A stretch of DNA of 38,024 bases from Chiloscyllium plagiosum (GCF_004010195.1 NC_057718.1:65742919-65780942), one strand, 5' to 3'. Positions 12,806 through 24,800 are shown, counted from the first letter of the stretch. A program made the numbers and translations. The notes: generated by a model not told the origin, from the sequence alone.

Positions 12806-13049
12806 CTATGCAGAGGGCAAGTGTACAGTATGTTGTGCTTCACATTGGCATGTAGTGGGATTCTCCATGTAATACCTTTGCATGCAATGAATGAACATGA
12901 AACTTTTTAGGGCCTGTTTCCACACTGTAAGTAATCTAATCTAATCTATGCAGAGGGCAAGTTTACAGTATGTTGTGCTTCACATTGGCATGTAGTGGGA
13001 TTCTCCATGTAATACCTTTGCATGCAATGAATGAACATGAAACTTTTTA
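12806..13049 (+). repeat. 104-bp direct duplication (12806-12909 / 12946-13049) around a 36-bp insert
   Basis: The two copies differ at one base (gtgtac vs gtttac). Confidence 0.95.
12910..12945 (+). mobile_element. Extremely 5'-truncated HE1/HER1 3' tail
   Basis: gggcctgtttccacactgtaagtaatctaatctaat, the same tail as the reverse complement of 699-737. Confidence 0.85.
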
Positions 13050-13935
13050 AAAATATTTTGTCCTTTCAAGATAAAGTAAGAGGTACAGCTTCTCACATTT
13101 TTTACGAAGAGCTATCTCCAGAAGAAGAGTTCCAACAGCTTATTCTGGCGAATATTTCCAAGCGCTATCTCCAGACGGGGGATGCCAACAGCAATTCCAA
13201 GAGCTACCAACACAGGCCTGTTCTGAACCAGGGGAACCAACAGCAACCAACCACAACCAGCAGATCCAAGAACCAACAAACTCCGAAAACCACCAACCCA
13301 ACTGACACCATCAGGCCTCAGACACATTCTGAGGTGAAAACCAGACCAGCAAAACCAGTAGAAAGTAAGAAAATCCAAGTACTTACTCAATAGATCTGCT
13401 ACACACATAACTGCATCAGTTGTCTCGATCCAAACCAAAAAGCCTCCGCAGTCCAAAGTCTTCATCCAGGCTCCGGAATGAGCGGGAACAGCCTGCTGTA
13501 CTTCAAATTGTGTTTTCCTCAGTGGTGAACTGAAACTCCTGAGATCCAAATGTTCCTGATCTAGCTAGCAGGGAGGGGAAGGCAGGTGCGACAGTGCATT
13601 AGGACCCTAAGGTTAGGAAGCCTGGTTAAAGTTTCTGTGATTAAAACTGTTGATTTTAAGTTCTAGTAGTATTTAATCTCGCTGGTAATGTATTTAATAG
13701 TATTAATGACTTCTGTATAGTTGATTGTCCATTTCCTTGTCTATTGCATTTATTTGTATTTCATGTATTATATTTCCCTATTTTTTGTATTTAAATAAAC
13801 ACAGATTTTTTTGCCCCTGAAATACCTGTCTACTGCCTCCTTCATTTCAAAGTCCAGAGTCTAGAACCAGGGATCTGGTGATGATTCGGACCAACTAAAA
13901 TCAGAAAATGACTGATTGCAAACCAGAACACTACA
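12991..13935 (+). mobile_element. Probable solo LTR (~945 bp)
   Basis: Inverted termini TGTAGTG...CACTACA and AATAAA at 13794-13799. No convincing TSD. Confidence 0.4.
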
Positions 13936-14509
13936 GTACCAATATATTTAACTAGATGTGAAATCAGTGAAATTAAATTCTGAAAGACACATGTGCCATC
14001 TTTGTGCTCTCAAATCCTTTGATAATTGCAATGTAATTCACAGGAATACTTTTTGCCACAATGCAGCCCCCCCTGGTTGACCAGGATGCTTTTTTATGGC
14101 CCCCTTATAACTGTTGTGTTCTCACCTGATAGCAAGTTTCACCATATTTTCAGAAACCGACATGAATCAGACTTGTCTCCTGTGCACACAGCCAGTGCTT
14201 TAAATTTTAATTGTGATTATTTGGGAAACAGGAAAAAGCAAGAGAGAGAAGTGGTCCACACACTTTCAGTTACACTGCTGGGAATGGCACGCCACTCTCA
14301 ACATCTACCCTGTAGTGCTGAGGATTATTTTCATTTTCAAGATGCAAGTCAGAGATTTACAACTTACTTTTATTGAATGAGAGTATAAGAAATTGCAAAG
14401 TTACCTTCCCTTGCACTAATTTGGTGAGAAACCAACTGGTTATTTCCATGACAGCATTTTAGTTTTAGATGAGGTTGGTATTGGGAATTACTTATCATTG
14501 ATAATAATT

Positions 14510-14775
14510 GAATCATAGAATCCCTACAATATGGAAGCAGGCCATTCTACCCATTGAGTCCACACTGACCCTTCGAACAACATCCCACTCACTTTCAACC
14601 CCCACCCCACCACTCCTACCCTATCCTATCCCAGTAACCCTGCATTTTGCATGGCTAATCCATTTAACCTGCACATCCTTGGACACTATGGGCAATTTAG
14701 CTTGGCCATTGCTCCTAACCTGCACATCTTTGGGCTGTTGGAGGAAACGAGAGAACCCACACAGACACAGGGAGC
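14510..14775 (-). mobile_element. HE1-type V-SINE, 5'-truncated
   Basis: Reverse-complement tail gaatcatagaatccctac and internal cctgcacatctttgg repeats. Confidence 0.8.
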
Positions 14776-16419
14776 TCAATAATTAGAGAGAAATAATTAG
14801 CTCAAGAAGGTACAATTAAACTGGGCTGAGTTATTTCCAGTCTGTGAGAAAAGCAATTAAAATTAGACATCACAAAACTGAACTCAAAATGAATCACTGT
14901 GTACAGCTGACAGTTTGCAAGGCTAAACTAGTGCCTTATGCACAGTTAGAATCAGGAAGTGATGATCTGTCTACGATATAAAGAACAAGGACAATTAAGA
15001 AGGTGAGGAGTAGTTGTGGTAGTTCAAGAAGCAGAACAGTCCAGTCAAACTTGTGGAGATTATTAAAAAGAAAAGGCAATTCACGTGATTGAGAATAATA
15101 TTTCAATACATTGACTGTCTGTCAAGTTCCAAGAGGCCAAAGAGTTAACAGCATAAGTTTTATGACAGAGATGTTCATTCTATAGGCAACAAGCTTTGAC
15201 TAAGCCATTTCCTGCCCAAAATTGTTGATGACATCATTATTATGCCATGTGATCAGACTCTTAAAATGACAGTCCACATTACTCACACAAGTACATGTAC
15301 AATATTCCTCCCCTTTACATCAGAGGCTCCTGCAATGAAATCTTTCACAATATTTGCAATCATTTATACAAATCAGTCCACAAGACATTCCAGAGGATGT
15401 CTGTTCCTGTAAGGCTGTCAGCACATCTCAGGCATCTGTTTATTTTTCTTGTTGGCTTTAAACTCTAATGCTTTAGGTATACTCAAGATGTCATCATTCA
15501 GTTTTTTCCTGACAATACTGAATGTTTGGAGATTTGAACAATGTTGTGACATTCTCCACTAAGATACTGTCTCCCTCAGATGTTCTAGATAGTATTCTTC
15601 CTCAGATATATTCTAGTCTTCATTTGGCACAGTTATTTAGTGGATCTTCAATTAATGTTGCTGGCACATTTGATTTGGTTGCCAAGTACATATATTGATC
15701 TTCATGACTTCTTCATATTACTTTGTCTCTCGTCTGCATGATGTAGGAAACCAGGATAGTCTTAGAACATAAAACATAGAAAGTACAGCATAATATAGGT
15801 CTTTCTGCCCACAATGTTGTGCTGATCATTTATCTTAATCTAAGATCAACCTAACCTACACACACCTCAATTTACTGCCATCCATGTGCTTGTTCAGCAG
15901 TCGCTTAAATGTCTCGAATGTCTCTGACTCTAATACCATTCCACGCACCCATCATTCTCTGCATAAAGAACCTACCTCTGAAATCTCCCCTACACCTTCC
16001 TCCAATCACCTTAAAATTATGACTCCTCGTGACAGCCAGAGACTTTTCCCCAGGGCAAAAATGGCTATCTATGCTATTTATGCCTTTCATTACCTTGTAC
16101 ACCTCTATCAAGTCACCTCTCTTTTGTCTTCTCTCCAGTGTGAAAAGCTTGAGCTCACTCAACCTCTCTTCAGAAGACAACCACCCAATCCAGGCAGTAT
16201 CCGGGGAAATCTCCTCTGTGCCCTCTCTAAAGAATCTACATCCTTCCTATAATGAGGCAATCAGAACTGGACACAATATTCCAAATGTGGTCTAACCAGG
16301 GTTTTATAGAGCTGCAGCAAAATGTTGTGGTTGTTAAACTCAATCCCCCCGTTAATGAAAGCCAAAACACCATACATCTTCTTAACAACCCTATCAACTT
16401 GGGTGACAACTTTAAGGGA

Positions 16420-16646
16420 GGAGAAAGTGAGGATTGCAGATGCTGGAGATCAGAGCTGAAAAATGTTTTGCTGGAAAAGCGCAGCAGGTCAGGCAGCATC
16501 CAAGGAGCAGGGGAATCGATGTTTCGGGCATAAGCCCTTCTTCAGGAATTCCTGAAGAAGGGCTTATGCCCGAAACGTCGATTCTCCTGCTCCTTGGATG
16601 CTGCCTGACCTGCTGCGCTTTTCTAGCAACACATTTTTCAGCTCTG
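16420..16646. mobile_element. Palindromic Penelope-derived element (family A): 98-bp arms, no spacer, 31-bp tail on the left arm
   Basis: Arms 16451-16548 and 16549-16646 with about 4 mismatches. 16-bp TSD tg(a/g)caactttaa(g/a)gga at 16404-16419 and 16645-16660. Confidence 0.92.
16552..16579 (+). ncRNA. Minimal hammerhead ribozyme motif (PLE-type)
   Basis: CUGAAGA-A-GGGC(UUAU)GCCC-GAA-ACGU-C: intact core, 4-bp stem II, palindromic ACGU in place of stem III, predicted GUC cleavage. The mirror copy at 16518-16545 (-) has ACAU. Confidence 0.7.
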
Positions 16647-18865
16647 GCAACTTTAAAGGATCCATATATGTGGACCCCAACATGCTGCTGTTCCTCCACA
16701 CTGTCTAGAACCCTGTCTTTAACCCTGTATTCAGCATTCAAATTCAACCTTCCAAAATGAATCACTTCACATTTATCCAGGCTGAACTCCATCTATCACT
16801 TCTCAGCTCAGCTCTGCATCCTGTCAGTGTCTTGTTGTAGCCTGCAACATCCCTCGATACTATTTACAACACCACTGGCCTTTGTGTCATCCAAGTCATT
16901 TATAAAAACTACAAAGGGCAGAGGCCCAAGGACAAATCCCTATGGGGCACCACTGGTCACCAACCTCCAGGTAGAATACTTTCCATCCAGTACCGCTAAC
17001 TGTCTTCTTACAGCCGGCCAATTCTGCATCCAGACAGCCAAATTTCCCTGTATCCCATACATCCTAGTTTTCTGAATGAGCCTACCATGGGGGAACCTTA
17101 TCAAATGCCTTACCAAAATCCAATTACACCACGTGCATTGCTCAACCTTTGTCAACTTGTCTCAACACATCCTCAAAGAACTCAATAAGGCTTGTGAGGC
17201 ATGACCTTCCCCTCACAAAGCCATGCTGACTATCTTTAATCAAACTATGTTTTTCCAAATAATCATAAATTCTATCTCTCAGAGACCTTTCCAGTACTTT
17301 GCTTACCATAGACATAAGACTGAATGGTCTGTAACTCCCAGGGATTTCGCTATTTTTTTTCTTGAACAGAGGAAAAACATTTGCCTCATTCCAATCATCT
17401 GGTAGTACTCCTGTAGAGAGTGAGGATGCAAAAATCATTGCCATAGGTGCAGCAATCTCATTCCTCACTTCCTGTAGTAACCTTGGATATATCTAGTCTG
17501 GCCTTGGGGACTAATCCAACTTGATGCTTCCCAGAATTTCCACCACATCCACTTTCTTAATATCAATCTGTTCAAACCTACTAACTTGGTCCACGGTGTT
17601 CTCACTATCAACAAGGTCCGTCTCTCTGGTGAATACTGAAGAAAAAACTCATTTAGGGCCTCCCCGACATCTTCAGACTCCAGGCACAAGTTCCCTCCAC
17701 TATCCCTGCTCAGTCTTACCCTCTCTATGATCATTCCTTTATTCCTCACATAAGTGTAGAACACCTTTGAGTTTTCTCCAATCCTTCCCGCCAAGGCTTT
17801 TTCATGCCCCCCTCCTAACTCTCTTCAGTCCATTTTTGAGTTCTTTCCTAGCTACCCTGTAATCTTCTAAAGCTGTGCCAGATCCTTGCTTCCGCAACTT
17901 TAAGCAAACTTCTTTCTTCCTCTGGACGAGAAGCTCCTCTTCTCTTGTCACCCAAGGCTCCTTCACCTTACCATTTCTTACCTATTTCAGTGGGATAAAC
18001 TTATCCAACACTCGCTCCTTAAACAGCCTCCACATTTCTGTTGCTCATTTCCCATAGAACAATTGTTCCCAATTTATACTCCACAACTCCTGTCTAATAG
18101 CAGTATAATTTCCCCTGCCCCAATTAAATACCTTCCCATATTGTCTGTTTCTATCTCTATCCATGGCTCTGGTAAAGGTGAGGCCAATGTGGTCACTGTC
18201 ACCAAAATGCTCTCCCATCGAGAGATCTGACACCTGGCTTGGCTCGTTGCCTAGCACCAAATCCAATATGGCCTCCCCCCTAGTTGGTCTAACTTCATAT
18301 TGAGCCAGGAATCCTTCCGGGACACACTTGACAAAATGGACTCCATCTAGACCATCTGCACTAAGGAGGTTCCAATCAATATTGGGGAAGTTGAAATCAC
18401 CCATAACAACAACTCTGCTACATCTGCACCTTTCCAAGATCTGCTGTCTAATCTGTTCTTCCATCTCTCTGCTGCTATTGGGGGGTCCATGGGAAATACC
18501 CAGTACAGTGACTGCTCCTTTTCTGTTACTGACGTCCACCCATACTGACTCAGTAGACAAACCCTCCTCAACAACCTCCTTTTCTGCAGTTGTGATGACT
18601 CTCTAATTAACAATGCTACTCCCCCTCCTCTTTTACCGTGACGAAGAGTACCCGATGAAGTTAACTGACGAAGGAGCAGTGGTCCGAAACGTAGTGCTTC
18701 CAAATAAACCTGTTTGTCTATAACCTGGTGTTGTGTGATTTTTAACTTTGTCCACCCCAGTCCAATAGGAGAAAGTGAGGACTGCAGATGCTGGAGATCA
18801 GAGCTGAAAAATGTGTTGCTGGAAAAACGCAGCAGGTCAGGCAGCATCCAAGGAGCAGGAGAATC

Positions 18866-18893
18866 GACGTTTCGGGCATGAGCCCTTCTTCAG
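18866..18893 (-). ncRNA. Minimal hammerhead ribozyme motif (mirror copy)
   Basis: The reverse complement is identical to 18899-18926. Confidence 0.7.
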
Positions 18894-18898
18894 GATTC

Positions 18899-18926
18899 CT
18901 GAAGAAGGGCTCATGCCCGAAACGTC
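18899..18926 (+). ncRNA. Minimal hammerhead ribozyme motif
   Basis: CUGAAGA-A-GGGC(UCAU)GCCC-GAAACGUC. Confidence 0.7.
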
Positions 18927-20934
18927 GATTCTCCTGCTCCTTGGACGCTGCCTGACCTGCTGCGCTTTTCCAGCAACACATTTTCAGCTTCCACCCCAGT
19001 CCAACACTGCCACCTCCACATCACTTTACCACGAGAAATGCCAGAGAACTTTCAGTCGTTGAGTGGATTGTATTCTGGGACGCTAACAAGCATTGGCTCA
19101 ATCTTTGAATTAGTGATCCTTGTTCTTGAGTTACACTTAAGAAATGTTTCATTGTCTGAACAAATCTTTTAACAAACATTTGTGCTGATTGATAGGGAGC
19201 TGATTGGATATATTGAATTCTGTTTTGCTTTAGATAGTCAGTAAATTTGTGTGATAATAATTATGGATCTTTATCATGATCAGGTTGTTCTGGATAACCA
19301 AACCTCATAATCTCAATCTTTTAATTGTTTTCTCTGAAGATGTTGTCTTCATAATGGCAACTTTAGGTCATTTAGCATACATGTAAACCACAATGGAAAA
19401 CATTTCCTCTTCAAAATATCTGGCCTAGTCAATGTGGATTCTTTGCCATGGTCTTTCTGACCATTCCTATGGGTGCACTGGTGTTAATGGAGGTAGGTTG
19501 GGAACTGTTGTGCAAGCTGCACATATTCCCATTTTCTTAATTTCAGAGTCAAGCCCAGGCCACCAAATATAGCTTCTGGCTTCATTCTGACAATGCCATG
19601 GTGTCCTTCATGTAATTGATTAAACTCTGGTTTCCCTACCTTTGCTGGAATGATGACCCTCATTCCAGGAGACTTCCTGCTTGTACGGATAGTTCTGGCT
19701 TCTTTGTGGTGTACATTTTCAATTTTGGAATTGTTCTGTGATCTTTCCATGAAGTACCATGTCCACCACTTTTGATAGTGGATATTTCCAGTGTACTTCT
19801 TAACTTGACATGCCATTACCAAGTGTTCTCTACTTGTTTGAAGTAGAAAATGTCTACATGAGGATATTTATAGTTGACTCCTTTGCAAACGTAATTTGTC
19901 AAGCTCACAGCATTCCCATATAAGTCAGAATGCCTATACTCAATTGTGTAAGTATGAGCTGATAGAACAACATGAATCCCTGCATATGGCTTGCAGCTAG
20001 AGAAGGTATCCCTGGATGAGGCCCAAATATTGTGGTCAATAGCCTGTGGTCTGTTGGTAGGGTAAACTCCCAGCCCTACAGGTATTGGTAGAATTATCGA
20101 ATGCCAAACATGATTCCGAGATCTTCTTTCTCTATCTGTGAACAGTTCGTTGTTGTTTTGTTTAACAATCTTATTGCAACAGCTTCTCTTCATTGGAAAT
20201 ATGTGAGAAATTACTGCCTCTTGCAATGGTAACCTTGAGTGAAATGGTATCAGGACTTCTGACTTTAATAAAGATTCTTTGGCTTATGTAAAAGTTCTTT
20301 TACATTGATCTTCCCATTTCCGATTTTGTTTTGGCATAATAAATTGTGAACCAGCTTGAGAATGGTTGCAGGATTTGGAACAAATCTACCATAGTAATTT
20401 AGCAAGCCCAAAATTGATCGTAGTTGGTTTACATTTTTTATGCTAATTATGGCTTTTATTTTTCAAGTGACTTGCCTCATCTCTTAACATCAATGACATG
20501 GCCTAGATATTCAGTGAAAGATTTAAAAAGCAAGCAAGTTGTTCTTTCCTCACCCTTCGGCCATAATTTTCAAGTGTCTGCAGAGTGGTGTCTAAATTTT
20601 GGAGATGCTCTTTTTCATTTGTCATCATGATTAAAATTCTGTGTAGGCATCCACTAAAATCCATTTAAAATCTGATCCATGGCATATTGGAATACTACAG
20701 GTACAGGTGTGATTCCAAATGAAAGTCTCTTGTATTTCAATTCTCCTTTATGTGTTATAATCAACAAGTATTTCTGTGACTCAGGATCTACATATATTTG
20801 GAGATAGTCTTAACTTAGGTCAATTTTATTGAAACGTTGACTTCCAGCTAGTCCAACAAATATGTAATCGATTAAAGGCAAATAATACTGCTCAGCATTG
20901 TATCAGATTAAATGTGACCTTAAAATCACTGCAG

Positions 20935-21757
20935 ACTCTTGATCAGATGGGCCAAAGGGCCAAGGAGTGGTAGATGGAGTTTAATTTTGATAAATGCGAG
21001 GTGCTGCATTTTGGGAAAGCAAATCTTAGCAGGACTCATACAGCAGGTTCATAGCTCCTTGAAAGTGGAGTCGCAGGTAGATAGGATAATGAAGAAGGCA
21101 TTTGATATACTTTCCTTTATTGGTCAGAGCATTGGGTAAAGGAGTTGGGAGGTCAAATTGCAGCTGTACAGGACATTGGTTAGGTCAGTTTTGGAAGATT
21201 GTGTGCAATTCTGGTCCCCCTCCTTTAGGAAGAATGTTGTGAAACTTGAAAGGGTTCAGAAAAAACTTACAAGGATGTTACCAAGGCTGGAGGGTTTGAG
21301 CTATAGCGAGAGGCTGGGACTGTTTTCCTTGGAGTGTCGAAGGCTGAGGGGTGACCTTATAGAGGTTTATAAAATCATGAGGGGCATGGATAGAATCATG
21401 AGGGGCATGGATAGGGTAAATAGACAAGGTCTTTTCCCTGGGGTGGGGGAATCCAGAAAGAGAGGGCATAGGTTGAGGGTGAAAGGGGTAAGCTTTAAAA
21501 TGGACCTAAGGAACAACGTTTTCATGCAGAGGGTGGTGCAAGTACAGAATGAGCTGCCCGAGGAAGTGGTGGAGGCTGGTACAATTACAACATTTAAAAG
21601 TCATCTGGATGGTACATGAATAGGAAGGATTTAGAGGGATATGAGACAAGTGCTGATGAATGGGAATCAATTAATTTAAGATAGCTGGTTGGCATGGACA
21701 AGTTGAACTGAAGGGTCTGTTTCCATGCAATACATCTCTATGACTCTATGACTCTAC
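20935..21757 (+). mobile_element. CR1 LINE 3' end inserted in the Gypsy RT
   Basis: ORF 21158-21619, (ctatgact)n tail, in-frame 21-bp tandem duplication at 21373-21414 (IMRGMDR x2). Confidence 0.95.
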
Positions 21758-22049
21758 GTGTACTGATCCATCTTTCATTATCACTGGTTTGATAGGCATG
21801 GCCCAGTCACTCACATTTGATGGTTTGAAGATTCCCACCTTGATCAGCCTCTCCAACTTTGCCTTGACCTTTGGTGAGATTACATCATCCACCATCTAGC
21901 TTGTAACATTTTATTTGATTCTGATCCTTGATTTTCAATTTGACAGAGATCTTTACAATGTTTGCTAGATCCCCATTTAAAACAATGGAATTTATGATAG
22001 TTCAGTCTCAGAATCTGACAGGCGATTTACTTCAGCCCAGTTAGATACT

Positions 22050-22390
22050 TAGAATCCATACAATGTGAATGCATGGCATTTGACCCATCAAGTCCAAGTT
22101 GACATTCCGAACAGTATCTCATCTAGACCCAGCCCCCGCTTCCTTATCCCTGTAATCTTGCATTTCCTGTGACTAATCCACCTATCCAGCACATCCCTGG
22201 ACACTGTGGGCAATCCATCTAAATTGCACATCTTTGGACTGTAGGAGGAATCTGAAGCATCCAGAGGAAACACATGCAGATACAGGGAGAATGTGTAAAC
22301 TCCACCCAGACAGTCACCCAAGGCTGGACTCAAACTTAGGTCCCCGGTGCTGGGAGGCAGCAGTACTAATCACTAAGCCACCATGCCATG
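22050..22390 (-). mobile_element. HE1-type V-SINE
   Basis: Reverse-complement tRNA head (ggcagcagtactaatcactaagccaccatgcc) and V-domain. Confidence 0.85.
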
Positions 22391-23139
22391 AAAATTAATA
22401 TTTTCCAACCATGTTTTTTCCAATAAAGCTGAAAAATTCCCTTTGAAAATGTGTAATGACAAGTCTTCAGACTGAACAGTCTAACTGAACAGTCACATTG
22501 ATAAAACACCCTAAAGGTATCACTTCACCTGCGAATGATCCTTGTACAATTTTGAGGGTTGCAGTGCGTTGTGACTCAGCTACTTCTGATACATATTTTC
22601 AGGTATCAATGAAACCTCCACTCCAGTGTCCACCTCTATAGTTATCAGTTTGCAATTCAGTCAGGAAATGATGCAGTATCAGTTGGTGTCGCCAGTTTTA
22701 GCTAGTATGTTTAATAACAGCTCTTCTTCAGAATGGCCGTTGACTTTCCTCATGCCCTTTTTGTACCATGTAGATTTTCTTCCTACTGTTTGGTTTCTGT
22801 AGTTTCGCTGTAAGTTTTTCATGTTTCTCCCTCAAACATGCCCATTTAGTGTGCTCTGTTTTGCCACCATTTCTGCATACAGCTTCTTTATACAAGTAAT
22901 TCTTTGCTGTGTGACCTGTTTTCCATACCGATGGCAGTTTGAGCTTATGGTGGTGCTTATCTTCAGCCATCTTTGTGTGAACTGTCATGCTCAAGTTTAG
23001 CTGTTGAGCTTCCGAGGCTGCGAGTTCCATCAAAACTGCTACTTCCAGTGCTTTCTTTGTCTAGATTCCTTTTCATCTGTAACATCTTCTGAATTGCTTG
23101 GTGAAGAATATCCATCTAATGCAGGATAACGTTGAGGGG

Positions 23140-24800
23140 ATCTTGGAAGCAAAGAGATCAGAAAACAAAGAAGAACTTAAAACATTCACAGAAATTATTA
23201 GCTAATTTTAAAATTAATCTCCAACTAAACAAATTAATTCACACCATTGTATCAACTGTTTCAAAATGGAATTGAGTGGGAGTGGTCAGTGGAGAGTCAG
23301 AAAACATTTGAAAAATTGAAGCAAGTACAGACTAGCAATGCTGATTTGAGACACCATGATCCCAAGTAACAATTTGGTGTGTGATGCCTCACCATGAAGG
23401 TTAAACCTGGTGTTATCTCACAAAACAAAAGATAGTGTAAAGAGATTTGAAGCAAGTGCCTTAATGAAATTTCTCCAGTTGGAAATGAGACATTGGCAAT
23501 CATATATCCTGTTACTAACTTGGACAAATAGTTGTAGAAAGTTTACTTTTGATAACTGACCACCAAGCTCTTTCAATCATATTTAGCTTAATGTACCACC
23601 CTGAGCGACAGCATGGCTTCAGAGGTGGGTAGTGATTTTTGTGGCCATCGGTGCGATGTTACATGTTGTAAAGCAGCAGATCGTGCAAATATCTATGTTC
23701 ATTTGAAATTTCTTATGAAGACATATTCATTTCTAGTGAGTGAATTACTTGTGAATTACTTTATATACACAAAGGGCATGCCAATGTCTACCAGAGAAAT
23801 TGATGAAGGAACTCTCAAGGATGAAGCTCTCAGTGAATTGTTCAGGAATATCAGAAATAGCTGGCCTAACTAGAATAATGACAAGATATTTCAAGGAGTG
23901 ATTCACATAGAAATGAAGTGAGAGCAAATTAAGATTGTATTCTCTGGGATTTAAGAGTCATTATTCCACCAAAGTGTAGACAGAGATTGTGAATGGAACA
24001 TCATCAATAGCATGGATGGTTAGACTGGATAAAAGGCAAAGCAGGAATCTATTATAACCAAAGGTAGATGGAGATATTGAAAAGCTAGTGAAATATTGTG
24101 AAATGTGTCTCTGACTGAAAGATAATGTAAACAAGCTTCCTTAAAGTCAATGTGTAAACAGAAGAAAATTGTGTGAATGAGTGCATGTCAATTTCTTTGA
24201 ACGGGAAGGGAATGACGAGCATGTTTTGGGACAATGGCAGGCTGAAAAATATTGAGTCTATGCCAATACCACGAGTGCCAAACTATTAAAGTTTTAAGCA
24301 GTTGATTTGCAATTTATGATTGCTCAAAGTGCCAGATGGTGATCCACAATTAATATCAGATAAGTTTGAAACACACCATTTCACCTCATATCAAATGATA
24401 CAGAAAGAAATGCACGGATTGTGAAGAGGTCTTGAAGAAATATTTGCTGGGTGACAAGCTGTTTTTAGAGACAATTTTCTGTTGTTTTGTAGAATAATCG
24501 CACTGCCACAACAGGATGCTAACCTTACACGTCAGTGTTTGAAACTACTCCTTGGACTAGGTTTAGCTGGCTTAAACTTGATGTCAACAGCAAAGTAAAA
24601 GGAAAACAAGACAACATGATAATGATTCATAACAAGGCATGACATTTCCAGAGTTTATTACTGGTTAGAATGTCATGATGAGAAACCGCAGTGGTTTCTT
24701 GTACCTGTTGTAAACAGACTTGGAGCATTTACAAATATAGTGAAGCTTGGACAGATACTCGTCAGTATCAGGTAGATTATCTGCTTGAAAGAAAACCTGA
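23140..24800 (+). mobile_element. Second, older Ty3/Gypsy pol remnant (RT connection-RH-IN)
   Basis: WEWSVESQKTFEKLKQ, VCDASP, ITDHQAL, WLQRW, MPMSTREIDEGTLKDEALS..SWP, RVIIPPKCR, DIEKLVKYCEMC. Confidence 0.8.

Larger units (their letters stand above)
15765..18637 (-). mobile_element. Long degenerate CR1 LINE ORF2 (APE endonuclease + RT + 3' tail)
   Basis: GKRGGGVALL, VVVMGDFNFPNIDW, PTRGEAILDLVLGNEP, DSDH, PDDWNEANV, QHGFVRGRSCLTSL, RGDLIEVYK; tail agaacataaaacatagaa. Confidence 0.95.
18766..18989. mobile_element. Second palindromic family A element (94/93-bp arms, 1-nt spacer)
   Basis: Arms 18802-18895 and 18897-18989. Perfect 15-bp TSD tccaccccagtccaa at 18751-18765 and 18990-19004. Confidence 0.92.
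18638..19023 (+). mobile_element. Short Penelope terminal element (family B) with HHR motif, interrupted by the family A palindrome
   Basis: ctgacga-a-ggagcagtggtcc-gaaacgta then caaataaacctg..tataacctggtgttgtgtgatttttaac..ccagtccaa..cacctccacatca. Homologous to 28497-28613, 33814-33900 and 36606-36691 (-). Flanked by tttacc on both sides. Confidence 0.8.
19200..23120 (-). mobile_element. Degenerate Ty3/Gypsy internal region (gag-PR-RT-RH-IN), interrupted by a CR1 and a SINE
   Basis: Gag knuckle remnant KEAVCRNGGKTEHTKWAC; protease EVDTGV; RT THKGELKYKRLSFGITPVPVVFQ and LRSILGLLNYYGRFVPN; RNase H LSAHTYTIEYR..GNAVSL; integrase RVIIP..QLHEGHHGIVRMK. Confidence 0.85.

Noticed and set aside
13031..13549. 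Overlapping 120-aa and 145-aa ORFs
   Set aside because: Low-complexity Q/T/P composition inside a probable LTR; no recognisable domain.
14800..15760. Possible very old Gypsy RT/IN remnant (KIVDDIII)
   Set aside because: Only one short motif is convincing; too decayed to call.
16236..19062. Recurrent peptides such as CCWKSAAGQAASKEQENRRF and PEEGLMPETSILLLLG
   Set aside because: Chance translations of the non-coding palindromic repeat.
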